DNA of 64,000 nt, from the NCBI GenBank assembly GCA_963678335.1, contig OY782822.1, positions 1,868,838 to 1,932,837 on the forward strand. Reading direction: 5' to 3'. The notes under the pieces are model-generated. The model had not been told where the DNA came from. It saw only the letters and a program-made list of their open reading frames with translations, and searched no databases. A program made the translations under genes and the position numbers. Positions 38,268 through 47,207 of the stretch are shown here, piece after piece. How positions within the stretch are numbered: the first letter of the stretch is position 1; each line of letters begins with the position of its first letter. The stretch is from Arcobacteraceae bacterium (lineage in GTDB: Bacteria > Campylobacterota > Campylobacteria > Campylobacterales > Arcobacteraceae).

Positions 38268-39068
38268 TTACTCTTTTTCCCTTATTCTTAAAAAGCTGGC
38301 AAACTTGGGTTTGCCGTTTTTTGTAAGATCGTAATATTTAAAAGTGATGCTCTGCCCTATTTTGGGCGGATTTTGCCTCTCTTTGCCGCTAAAGCCGCCG
38401 CCCAGGTTAAATACAGTGCCGTTGTCAAGTCTTACGACCAGGCTTTTGAAGCTTTTGTCCTTTTTATAGTTGTGCCCTATCACTTCCCCTTCCATGTCAA
38501 AAAAATTCTTTACTTTTAAGCTATAAGGGGTTCTCCCTTTATTATAGGATTTTGAGGGATCTTTTACTATTACACCTTCCCCTTTTAATGCGGTTATCTC
38601 ATCCATGAAGCTGTTTAGGTGTGCTTTGTCCTTGCATTTAATTTGTTTTATGACTTTTAGGTTTTTGTTCGGGTGTTTTTCAAACCACTTTTTTGCTTTT
38701 AGCAGTCTTGAGGGGAAATCCCCCTTTGCGTTCGGTACTTCAAATATATTGTAAGTGATCTGTTCCCATTTGTTTGTTGGGGTCTCGTCCAGGACTATGC
38801 TTTGGATGTTTTCAAAGTCATTTCTCTTGGTGTAAAGTTCCCCGTCAAGTTCAAAAGGGGGAAAGTTTTCTGTAAAACCTGCAGGTGCATGGATGGGGTT
38901 GCCGTTTTTAGTATAAAGTTTTTTACCGTCCCAATAGCCCCTTATCCCGTCAAGCTTTTCACTCATATACCAGTTGGATATATCCTGGTCTTTGTAGATA
39001 CCAGGTTTTTGCAGATCAAGGGAGAAAAGTGATGTGAGAAAAAAAAGGAGATAAAATATTGTTTTCAT
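38268..39068 (-). CDS. Secreted ATP-dependent DNA ligase (Lig E type)
   Basis: 266 aa with a signal peptide (MKTIFYLLFFLTSLFS) and the adenylation motif SEKLDGIRGYW (KxDG). It has the minimal ligase size, EGVIVKD, and an OB-fold tail. Confidence 0.85.
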   Translation of the reverse strand: MKTIFYLLFFLTSLFSLDLQKPGIYKDQDISNWYMSEKLDGIRGYWDGKKLYTKNGNPIHAPAGFTENFPPFELDGELYTKRNDFENIQSIVLDETPTNKWEQITYNIFEVPNAKGDFPSRLLKAKKWFEKHPNKNLKVIKQIKCKDKAHLNSFMDEITALKGEGVIVKDPSKSYNKGRTPYSLKVKNFFDMEGEVIGHNYKKDKSFKSLVVRLDNGTVFNLGGGFSGKERQNPPKIGQSITFKYYDLTKNGKPKFASFLRIREKE

Positions 39069-39157
39069 TTCAACCTTGATTGTTTTGTTATTTTTCGTAA
39101 TTTACTGAAAAGATGATGAGATCCTGTAGTGTACGAGGACAAACTTATCACTTTTTC

Positions 39158-40279
39158 TTAACGTAAATTACCATATTTATAATATGCCGCACAGGCTCCC
39201 TCACTGCTTACCATACAGCTTCCAAGGGGACTGGAGGGTTTGCATGCGGTGCCGAATACCTTGCAGTCCTGCGGTTTGGCTTTTCCTTTTAGTATCTCCC
39301 CGCAGATACAAAGCTTATGGTCGTCGATCTTTTCATTTGGGAGGATGTTTTTATATATCTCTTCAGCATCGTATTTGGAGTATTCCTCTTTTAGTTTTAA
39401 AGCGCTGTTTGGGATATCACCTATCCCTCTCCACCTGAAATGATCCCTTTGTTCAAAGAACTTGTCGTTTAGTTTCTGTGCCTGGATATTTCCCTCTTTT
39501 GAAACGCTTCTGCTGTATTGGATCTGGACTTCTGCCTTATTCTCATTGATCTGTTTTAGTATCATATACACAGACTGCATTACATCTATAGGTTCAAAAC
39601 CGCTTACCACCACAGGTTTGTTATAATCCTTTGGAAACTCGTCGTATACGCGGCTTCCGCTTATTACGCTGACGTGGCTGGGACCTATAAATGCGTTTAT
39701 GGTGTTTGTTTCATCATCAAGAAGCACCCTCATGGGCTGGGGCACGGTTATATGGTTTATATGAAAAAGCATGTTTTCTGTTTTTCTTGATATCACCTGG
39801 TTTAAAAGTGCCGATGTCATGGGTGTGGTTGTCTCAAAGCCTATTGCAAAGAATATCACTTTTTTATGGGGATTTTCATCTGCTATTTTTATGCAGTCCA
39901 TAGGTGAATAGACAAATCTTACATCTGCACCTTTTGCCCTGGCATCTTGGAGGTTTCCTTTAGATCCGGGTACTTTTATCATATCCCCTAAGGTGACAAG
40001 GATCACGTCATTTTGCATCGCAAGTGCATAGGCATGGTCGATCCTCTCTTTGGGCATCACGCACACGGGGCATCCTGGTCCGTGGATAAAGTTGATATTT
40101 TCAGGCAGAAGCTGGTTAAGCCCGTATTTCATAATGGTATGTGTGTGCCCTCCGCACACCTCCATTATGTTTATATTTTTGTTCAGTTTGGATGCTTCTT
40201 TATCTATGAGCTTTTTGTAAGACTTTATAACATCAGGATTTCGGAATCCGTCGTAAAGGTCTTTAAGTTCTAATCCCAT
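39158..40279 (-). CDS. hypD: Hydrogenase maturation protein HypD
   Basis: 373 aa with MEVCGGHTH, GPGCPVCV and FETT motifs. Confidence 0.93.
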   Translation of the reverse strand: MGLELKDLYDGFRNPDVIKSYKKLIDKEASKLNKNINIMEVCGGHTHTIMKYGLNQLLPENINFIHGPGCPVCVMPKERIDHAYALAMQNDVILVTLGDMIKVPGSKGNLQDARAKGADVRFVYSPMDCIKIADENPHKKVIFFAIGFETTTPMTSALLNQVISRKTENMLFHINHITVPQPMRVLLDDETNTINAFIGPSHVSVISGSRVYDEFPKDYNKPVVVSGFEPIDVMQSVYMILKQINENKAEVQIQYSRSVSKEGNIQAQKLNDKFFEQRDHFRWRGIGDIPNSALKLKEEYSKYDAEEIYKNILPNEKIDDHKLCICGEILKGKAKPQDCKVFGTACKPSSPLGSCMVSSEGACAAYYKYGNLR

Positions 40280-40296
40280 TTATCTTTTACCTTTGT

Positions 40297-40581
40297 TCAG
40301 CGGTTTGGACAGTTGTCGTCTTCAAGTATGGTTTGGGCGCGATCCTCTTCATCCATCTTTTCCAGGATCTCGCGGTAGGTATCAAGGGAGGCCAGGGCAT
40401 CCTCTTCATCTATTTTGTTCATAATAAATCCAATATGAAGAAGTACATAATCCCCTTCTTTGACGCTTCCCTCTTCCATAAGGTCAAGGCTGGCTTCACG
40501 GCTTACACCCATAGTGTCGACAACGGCTATATTGTTCTTTTTGTCTATTTTCGTGATTTTGCTCGGGATCGAAAGGCACAT
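40297..40581 (-). CDS. hypC: Hydrogenase assembly chaperone HypC/HupF
   Basis: 94 aa with the N-terminal MCLSIPSKI. Confidence 0.92.
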   Translation of the reverse strand: MCLSIPSKITKIDKKNNIAVVDTMGVSREASLDLMEEGSVKEGDYVLLHIGFIMNKIDEEDALASLDTYREILEKMDEEDRAQTILEDDNCPNR

Positions 40582-41363
40582 TATCTAAGTCCCCTTTTGA
40601 ATTCTATCCATTGAGCCACTTTTTTCAAAGTGGATTCATCATGGATATTCACTTCAAGTATATCAACGTTTGGTTTTAGTCTTCTTGCTTCTTTTTTCTC
40701 ATGCTCTATATCATAGTCAAAATGTGGCAGAAGGTCGGTTTTGGTGATAAGCACAAGATCCGCGCTTCTGAACATCACGGGGTATTTTTCAATCTTGTCA
40801 TTTCCCTCGGGCACGCTTACAAGCACTATGTTAAGGTGTGTTCCCACGTCGTAAGAGGCAGGGCAGACAAGGTTCCCTACGTTTTCAACGAAACATATGT
40901 CTATCTCCTCCAAAGGCATATCGTGAAGACCTTTATGTACCATAAAAGCATCCAGGTGACAGGCGCTTCCCGTTTGGATCTGGTATGCGGGTATCCCTTT
41001 TGCTTTTAACCTGTCCGCATCCCGGGATGTTTCAAGGTCACCCTCTATAACTCCGAATTTAAAGTCCGCTATATCGGAGAGCTTTTCAAGAAGGGTTGTT
41101 TTCCCGCTTCCTGGACTGCTCATAAGGTTTATTGCCAATACACCGTGGTTGTCGAAGTGGGCTCTGTTGTGGGCAGCTTCATGGTCGTTCTTGTCTAGTA
41201 TCTTTTTTATTACGTCTACGGTTTTTTTATCGTTAAGCTGTGGGTTCGAATGGATATTTTCCATGGCGTCGTGGTGGTGATGGTGATGATGTTCTCCGTG
41301 GTCATGGCTGTGCTCATGCACGTGGTCGTGGTCTGTTATGCTGCAACCGCAATCTTTACACAT
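40581..41363 (-). CDS. hypB: Hydrogenase nickel-incorporation GTPase HypB with a His-rich N-terminus
   Basis: 260 aa with an N-terminal CxxCGC, the His run HDHGEHHHHHHHD, the P-loop SSPGSGKTTLL and ENVGNLVCP. Confidence 0.93.
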   Translation of the reverse strand: MCKDCGCSITDHDHVHEHSHDHGEHHHHHHHDAMENIHSNPQLNDKKTVDVIKKILDKNDHEAAHNRAHFDNHGVLAINLMSSPGSGKTTLLEKLSDIADFKFGVIEGDLETSRDADRLKAKGIPAYQIQTGSACHLDAFMVHKGLHDMPLEEIDICFVENVGNLVCPASYDVGTHLNIVLVSVPEGNDKIEKYPVMFRSADLVLITKTDLLPHFDYDIEHEKKEARRLKPNVDILEVNIHDESTLKKVAQWIEFKRGLR

Positions 41364-41467
41364 ATAATTCTCCTAAATTTTATAGTTGCTTTTTTATAAT
41401 ATCTGAATATATCATATTGCTTGTTTTTCTTTGATCGGCTGTTCTTTTATAAAGTATAAGTACAGCT

Positions 41468-41499
41468 TGAATATATTACCCTAATTGGTAATATATTCA
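41468..41499. repeat. Perfect 13-bp inverted repeat with a 6-bp spacer between hupE and hypB. Candidate operator.
   Basis: TGAATATATTACC-ctaatt-GGTAATATATTCA, read directly. It lies 33 nt downstream of the hupE stop and about 105 nt upstream of the hypB start. Confidence 0.9.
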
Positions 41500-41531
41500 G
41501 CTAAAGCAGGATCTGTTATTTTGTCAAAAGC

Positions 41532-42041
41532 TTATAATGCCAGTGCAGGCTGGACTTTTCTTGAGTAGATGTAAGCTATTGCCATTCCGCTTAAATGTAA
41601 TGCAAGTGTAGAAGTTGCAAAACCGCTCATATATGCTATGAAGTTTCCTGTAGTGAATTCCGCTCCGTGGGCAAATCCGTGGAACATCCCGAAAAATGCT
41701 ATAACGGCAATCGCCGCACTTAAAGGAAGCTTGTTCGCAAAACCTATCATACCGAACACTACGGCAATAGACAGCAATATACCCTCTTCCACACCTATGA
41801 TCATAACACCGTTGTAACCTGCTACAGCAGATAAAAGCATGGCACCTATGAAAGCACCAAGAATAATTACGCTTCTTTTAGAAAGGAAAAAAGCTACCAT
41901 CCCTACACCTATCATTGCCAGAATATGGTCAAGACCGCTTATTGGATGCATAAGGCCCGTCATAAAGCCTCCGTGCTCCAGTGTATTTGTATGTGCAAAC
42001 GCCATACTTGCTAAAAATGCCAATACAGTTAAAATTTTCAT
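41532..42041 (-). CDS. hupE: HupE/UreJ family nickel transporter
   Basis: 169 aa with a signal peptide, then HGGFMTGLMHPISGLDHILAMIGVG, and multiple TM segments. Confidence 0.88.
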   Translation of the reverse strand: MKILTVLAFLASMAFAHTNTLEHGGFMTGLMHPISGLDHILAMIGVGMVAFFLSKRSVIILGAFIGAMLLSAVAGYNGVMIIGVEEGILLSIAVVFGMIGFANKLPLSAAIAVIAFFGMFHGFAHGAEFTTGNFIAYMSGFATSTLALHLSGMAIAYIYSRKVQPALAL

Positions 42042-42154
42042 AATGAATACCCTTTCAGTTTTAAATTAAAGTATTTTTACAGATAAAAATTAAATATAAG
42101 ATTAATTTATCTATTTCTTATATACTTTTGGGACTGAATCGGCTATAATGAATT

Positions 42155-42823
42155 ATGAATTGTCCATATTGTAATCATAGTGTAACATACAAAACAAAAA
42201 CCGGCCAGGAAAAGTGCTCTTCCTGCAAAAGAAAGTTCAGTCCCAAAAAGATAGCGTTAAACGGCAGGCTTATAGAATGTTTCTGTGCAGGGTTTAATGC
42301 AAACCGCACAAGCAGGGAGCTTGGGCTGAACTATCTTACGGTTAAAAAAAGATTTGAAAGTTTCAGAATGATAGCTGCCGATCATCTGGAAAATGAATAT
42401 AAGAGATACTCTGTACTTGAATATGACGAATATATCTATCTTCCAAAAAGCAAAAAAAAGATAAAAGAGAACATATTCGATTCCTGGAACTTTTTGACAT
42501 TTTCTTATAATGAAAAGATGGTCTATAATCTCTTGATGCCTAATTTAAGAAGATACAAGCAGGAGTTTTTGGAAGATGGCTTGGATAACAGCTATTTCAA
42601 GGAGTTCTCAAAATTTATGAGGTTCAACAAGATCGCAAAAACCTCCAAAATGGAGAATACCATTACCGAATTCTGGAATTTTTTTGAGAATTTTATTTTG
42701 CAGTATAAGGGGATCGAGAGCGAGAATTTTATCTATTACCTTAAAGAGTGTGAATTCAAGTTCAATTATACCCAGAAAGAGCAGGTGGATATTTTAAGAG
42801 CTTCTTTTCTTAACTATCCTTGA
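42155..42823 (+). CDS. Zn-ribbon + HTH protein resembling the N-terminus of IS1595-family transposases. It looks truncated or domesticated.
   Basis: 222 aa with CPYCNHS...CSSCKRKF followed by the HTH-like NRTSRELGLNYLTVKKRFESF. It seems too short for a full DDE domain, and I saw no terminal inverted repeats. Confidence 0.35.
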   Translation: MNCPYCNHSVTYKTKTGQEKCSSCKRKFSPKKIALNGRLIECFCAGFNANRTSRELGLNYLTVKKRFESFRMIAADHLENEYKRYSVLEYDEYIYLPKSKKKIKENIFDSWNFLTFSYNEKMVYNLLMPNLRRYKQEFLEDGLDNSYFKEFSKFMRFNKIAKTSKMENTITEFWNFFENFILQYKGIESENFIYYLKECEFKFNYTQKEQVDILRASFLNYP

Positions 42824-44807
42824 ATCTGCTTCTGATCTTTAGGAACTCGTTGATATTCGCAAAGAATATATCAACAAGCTTAGGGTCGAATTGCTCCCCT
42901 CTTTCTTGTTTGAACAGTTCGAAGATCTGTTCGTCGTCCCAGGCCTTTTTGTAGCATCTGTCGCTGCCAAGGGCGTCAAATACGTCGGCTATTGCTGTTA
43001 TCCTTCCGTAGATATGTATCTCTTCCCCCTTTTTACCGTTGGGGTAACCTTTCCCGTTCCATTTTTCATGGTGCTCAAGGGCAACTATGGATGCCGCGTT
43101 TAAAAGAGGTCTTTTGGAGACTTTTAACATCTCGTAACCTTTTTGCGCATGGGTCTGCATGATCTGGATCTCTGCGGGACTTAAGGCCGCAGGTTTGTTA
43201 AGTATCGAATCTGGAATAGCAACTTTACCTATGTCGTGCATAGGGCTTGCCTGCCTTAACATTTCGGCCTCATCTTCACCCAGGCCGTAATGCAGAGCCA
43301 GTATTTTGGAGTATTCAGCCACCCTTTTTACATGATTGCCGGTCTCCTTGCTTCTACTTTCCCCTATGGAACCCATGGTGAAGATGATCTCTTTTTGTAT
43401 CTCTTCGATATCTTTCATATGGGTTATATCCTGCCTTACTGCACTGTAACCTATATGCTCGCCGTTTTTGTATACGGGTTCAAATTCCGCTTCAACCCAG
43501 TAATAATCACCGTTCTTTTTTCTGTTCTTTACTTCAAGGCGGACGCTTTTTTCTTCTTTCAGCTCATTCCATAGATATTTGAAGGCTTCTTTTGGCATAT
43601 CGGGATGCCTTACTATATTATGGTTCTGCCCTATGAGCTCTTCCCTTGTGTAGCCGCTTATATTACAGAAAGCCTCGCTTACGTGGGTTATTATACCTTT
43701 TAGGTCTGTTGTGGAGAATATTACGTTTTTATCATATGATTTTACTATCGATTCCAGGTTGTTCTTGTGATTGATGATAATATAAATAAAATAAGTGAGA
43801 ACAGACAGGAGAATAAACGAGATAATGTTTATAAGGAGGCTGTCACTGATGGTCCTGTTTATAAAAGTGTCTTCCTCGTATGAAACTATATATGCCACGG
43901 TTTCGTTGTTTACTCCGTTCTTTATAGGGAAAAACGCAATAACATAGTTTTTGTTGTCGTAGTTGGATCTTAGGGCGAACTTTTCCCCTTTTTTAATATT
44001 CTCATCTATCTTTTTCTTTAAAAGATTGATCCTTTTTTTTAGATCAGGTATGGGTATAAGCCTGCTGTGCTGTCCTGAAATGGTCAAAAGATACTCTTCG
44101 TGTTCCATGCTTGTTTCATAGTTCGGGACCATATCTTCCCTGTTCCACTGTTTTACGTCAAAGATATTTTTCTTTACGAGGAAATGGGAATGTATCTTGC
44201 TTATCTCATTCAGGTTTTTTTGGAGAAGTTCCGTAGGAAATGATACCTCCATCACCCCTATATGCTCGTTTTTGGCATTAAAAAGAGGATATACGTTTCT
44301 AAGTCCGTGTGCGGTTCTCCCTTTTGAGAAGCCCCTGATTATTTTTTTTGTTTTGTTTGCTTTTGCAAAATCAAGTCTTATTGAGGTAAGGTCGTCCCCG
44401 TATCTGTCCGGTTTGTGCATCCTTAGAAATACACGGTTGTCAGGAAATACGAATTGGTACTGCAGCACACCTCTTTCCTTAAAAAGGGTGTATTTGCTTT
44501 TAAGAAGATCATAGAGCCTGGATCTTAAAGCATCCGTTTCTTTTTTGTCGGTGCTGTGCAGGGCTTTATCGATGATATTTGTTACATTTTTATCTTCAAT
44601 GGTCGTATTGTGTATATTATCTGCATCTTTTATCTGGTTGTTTATGAATATTTCATAATGGGTTTGAAGTTTATTTATATGGTTTTTCATAGAAGAGTCG
44701 ATTCTTTGTTCGACGTTCGTCTGAGTAACACAATAGACAAATAAGTTCATAGAGATGAATAATATTATCAAAAATATATTTGTTTTATTTATAAAAATTT
44801 TTTTCAT
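42810..44807 (-). CDS. Membrane sensor HD-GYP phosphodiesterase (periplasmic Cache-like domain + PAS + HD-GYP)
   Basis: 665 aa. PAS region: GIITHVSEAFCNISGYTREELIGQNHNIVRHPDMP. HD-GYP region: MHDIGKVAIP, HHEKWNGKGYPNG and ADVFDAL. Confidence 0.88.
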   Translation of the reverse strand: MKKIFINKTNIFLIILFISMNLFVYCVTQTNVEQRIDSSMKNHINKLQTHYEIFINNQIKDADNIHNTTIEDKNVTNIIDKALHSTDKKETDALRSRLYDLLKSKYTLFKERGVLQYQFVFPDNRVFLRMHKPDRYGDDLTSIRLDFAKANKTKKIIRGFSKGRTAHGLRNVYPLFNAKNEHIGVMEVSFPTELLQKNLNEISKIHSHFLVKKNIFDVKQWNREDMVPNYETSMEHEEYLLTISGQHSRLIPIPDLKKRINLLKKKIDENIKKGEKFALRSNYDNKNYVIAFFPIKNGVNNETVAYIVSYEEDTFINRTISDSLLINIISFILLSVLTYFIYIIINHKNNLESIVKSYDKNVIFSTTDLKGIITHVSEAFCNISGYTREELIGQNHNIVRHPDMPKEAFKYLWNELKEEKSVRLEVKNRKKNGDYYWVEAEFEPVYKNGEHIGYSAVRQDITHMKDIEEIQKEIIFTMGSIGESRSKETGNHVKRVAEYSKILALHYGLGEDEAEMLRQASPMHDIGKVAIPDSILNKPAALSPAEIQIMQTHAQKGYEMLKVSKRPLLNAASIVALEHHEKWNGKGYPNGKKGEEIHIYGRITAIADVFDALGSDRCYKKAWDDEQIFELFKQERGEQFDPKLVDIFFANINEFLKIRSRFKDS

Positions 44808-44999
44808 ATAGTATCTTTTTAAATCCGCTGAAGAATTTAGCTAATTTTGTATTAAAATTAAGTTAAATTTTTAAATTATAAATAAAATATATCCTGTAAA
44901 AAGCCTTAAACAAGGGATTTATAAAAAGTTATTTATATATCTTTGAATATAACGCTATAAGTATGTTTTATAACCCGGCGCTTTTAAAAGCGCTGTTTT

Positions 45000-47195
45000 T
45001 CAGATGCTTTGGAGGGATTTTAAAGCGGCCTCAAAGTCAAATCGCTCAAGGTCCGACTTGACCTTTTCAAATTTTTCCGAATCTTCCGTTTTCAGTCTGA
45101 AAGATGTTATCTTTTCCACTACTGGTTTTATATTATGGGGTCTTTTGGTGGCTATTTGTTTTTTCAATTCGTCAAGAAGCTCTATTTTTTCATTCTCGTT
45201 TATCTGCGGCAATCCTGTTTTTGAAGTCCTGTTTTGGGATATCTCCGTTTCTAAAAGTTTTAAAAGCTCTTTTAGTTCACGTTCAATGGAGTCTATCAAT
45301 TTTTTCTCTTTGGTCTCTTCAAAGATTTTCAGCAGATTGTTCAGTTTTAAAGCGCCTATTGATTTGGAAAGTCCTTTTATGGTATGAAGCGTTATATCAA
45401 GCTGGCTGTTATCCAGTGCTTTTAAATCGCACTCTTTGTATTTGTCAAAGAATTGAACAAGTATGCTGTCGTAGAGTTCCTTGTTATTGTTAAGGTATGA
45501 AAGTGCTGTTTCTTTATCCAGTGTCTGCTCTTTGACCTGGTCATTTTGCAGGACCTTTGAGGAGTCTGTTTTAATATATTTTAACAATACCCCAAAAAGT
45601 TTATCCAGCTCTATTGGTTTGCTAAGGTGTTCGTTCATCCCTGCAGATATCGTTTTTTCGATATCACTTTGCATTGCATTGGCACTTAGGGAGACAATAG
45701 GGATATATTTGTTGCTTTCCCTTATTATCCTTGTCAGTTCATATCCGTCCATAACGGGCATCTGTGTATCCATAAGGATCAGGTCGTATTTGTTCGGATT
45801 GTTTTGGTAAAGGCTAAGCCCCTCTTCACCGTCTGCTGCTATCTCTATATATATGTCGTAAGGTTTTAGAAGTACGGTGATGATCTCCTGGTTTATTGTA
45901 TTGTCTTCAACCAAAAGTATATGGGCGTTTTTTATCTCCTTCATTTTTATCTCAAGGTTTTTCAGGTTCTCCTCTTCTATATATTTGATATTCTCAATAT
46001 CCCCTTTGGGAAGGCGAACCTCAATGATAAACCTGCTTCCCCTATTCTTTTCACTCTCAACAGTAACGTCACCGTCCATTAAATGGGCGATCTCTTTACA
46101 TATGGTAAGCCCAAGCCCCGTACCTCCGTATTTTCTGGTGGTTGTAAGGTCAGCCTGTGAGAATGAGCGGAAAAGCTTGTCTATCTCTGCAGAATCCAGC
46201 CCGATCCCGGTATCTGTGATCTCAAAGATCATCCTCTCTTTGTCCGCTTTTGATATTTTAAGTTCCACTTTCCCTTTTTCTGTGAACTTGACCGCATTGC
46301 TTACAAGGTTCAAAAGCATCTGCCCCAGCCTGAAAGGGTCGCCGAAAAATATATTTTCCCCTTCGGGTAGATTGTTGATGATATTAAACTGCAGGTTTTT
46401 CTCTATCACTTTGTATTCTATAATGTTCTTCAGGTTTTCTATAACGTCGTCAAGGTCAAAGTCGATCTTTTCAAGTTCAAGTTTCCCGGCTTCAATCTTT
46501 GAAAGGTCGAGTATATCGTTTATGATGTTAAGGAGGATCTTTGAGGATGATTCTATTTTATTTAGGTATCTTTTCTGGATATCGTCAAGATCGGTCTTCC
46601 CCAGCAGTTTGCTCATCCCAATCACTGCGTTCATGGGGGTTCTTATCTCGTGAGACATATTTGCCAGGAACCTTGATTTGAAAGCCGTCGCGGTTTCCGC
46701 TTTTATTTTCTGCTTCTCAAGCTCGTTTACCGTTTTTTGCAGCTTGAGTTTTGTTATCTGCAGGTTCTTGTTGGTGGTTTTCAGGTGTTTTGAGTGCATT
46801 GCAAGTTTCGCATGGGATTTTATCATGGCTCCCTGGATCTCTTTTTGGTCCGTTATATCCACAAGTATGGAGTATTTTACGTCTCTTCCGTCGGGCCAGC
46901 TCATAAGTTCATCGTAGGATTTCAGCCATTTGTCGTCGCTTTCATCGAAAAATTCACAGATAAGCTTCTCTTTTGGTTTGCTGGCATCTCTTTGCTGTAG
47001 TTTGTTTATGCTGCACCAGCTGCATATCTGCTGCTGCCCGAAAACCTTTTCCCAGCAGTATGTACCCTGGGGGGAATACATATTTTCCCTCATAAGTTTA
47101 TTTGCATAAACAACTTCGTAGCTTTCCACATCGACGGCGTAGGCTCCAAAAGGTATTACGTCTAAAAGCGCCTCAAATAATTTATTCTCTAACAT
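45000..47195 (-). CDS. Hybrid sensor histidine kinase (Cys-containing PAS-like module + HisKA + HATPase + REC + Hpt)
   Basis: 731 aa with FLANMSHEIRTPMNAVIGM, GGTGLGLTICKE, the receiver ILLVEDN...LILMDTQMPVMDG, and the Hpt LHTIKGLSKSIGA. Confidence 0.9.
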   Translation of the reverse strand: MLENKLFEALLDVIPFGAYAVDVESYEVVYANKLMRENMYSPQGTYCWEKVFGQQQICSWCSINKLQQRDASKPKEKLICEFFDESDDKWLKSYDELMSWPDGRDVKYSILVDITDQKEIQGAMIKSHAKLAMHSKHLKTTNKNLQITKLKLQKTVNELEKQKIKAETATAFKSRFLANMSHEIRTPMNAVIGMSKLLGKTDLDDIQKRYLNKIESSSKILLNIINDILDLSKIEAGKLELEKIDFDLDDVIENLKNIIEYKVIEKNLQFNIINNLPEGENIFFGDPFRLGQMLLNLVSNAVKFTEKGKVELKISKADKERMIFEITDTGIGLDSAEIDKLFRSFSQADLTTTRKYGGTGLGLTICKEIAHLMDGDVTVESEKNRGSRFIIEVRLPKGDIENIKYIEEENLKNLEIKMKEIKNAHILLVEDNTINQEIITVLLKPYDIYIEIAADGEEGLSLYQNNPNKYDLILMDTQMPVMDGYELTRIIRESNKYIPIVSLSANAMQSDIEKTISAGMNEHLSKPIELDKLFGVLLKYIKTDSSKVLQNDQVKEQTLDKETALSYLNNNKELYDSILVQFFDKYKECDLKALDNSQLDITLHTIKGLSKSIGALKLNNLLKIFEETKEKKLIDSIERELKELLKLLETEISQNRTSKTGLPQINENEKIELLDELKKQIATKRPHNIKPVVEKITSFRLKTEDSEKFEKVKSDLERFDFEAALKSLQSI

Positions 47196-47207
47196 GTTTC
47201 CCCTACT

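Noticed and set aside
38268-39068. The LigE-type ligase considered as part of a phage or defence module
   Set aside because: Secreted minimal ATP-dependent ligases are a known chromosomal feature of Campylobacter, Neisseria and Haemophilus-type bacteria. The composition here looks closer to the host genes than to the adjacent TA/unknown genes. Only its location inside the hyp operon is unusual, and that is covered under the hyp-interruption finding.
44971-45000. Palindromic hairpin AGCGCTTTTAAAAGCGC after the hybrid kinase gene, considered as an operon terminator
   Set aside because: The T-run follows the hairpin only on the plus strand, where nothing is transcribed towards it. On the minus strand no U-tract follows. 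It may still pause transcription, but I cannot support a terminator call.
45877-46653. 258-aa plus-strand ORF, plus similar long antisense ORFs at 52642..53379, 48535..49029, 47194..47688, 9308..9862 and 19671..20108
   Set aside because: All lie fully inside strongly supported genes on the opposite strand and translate to Ser/Phe/Ile-rich, motif-free sequence. This is typical of antisense frames in AT-rich genomes.
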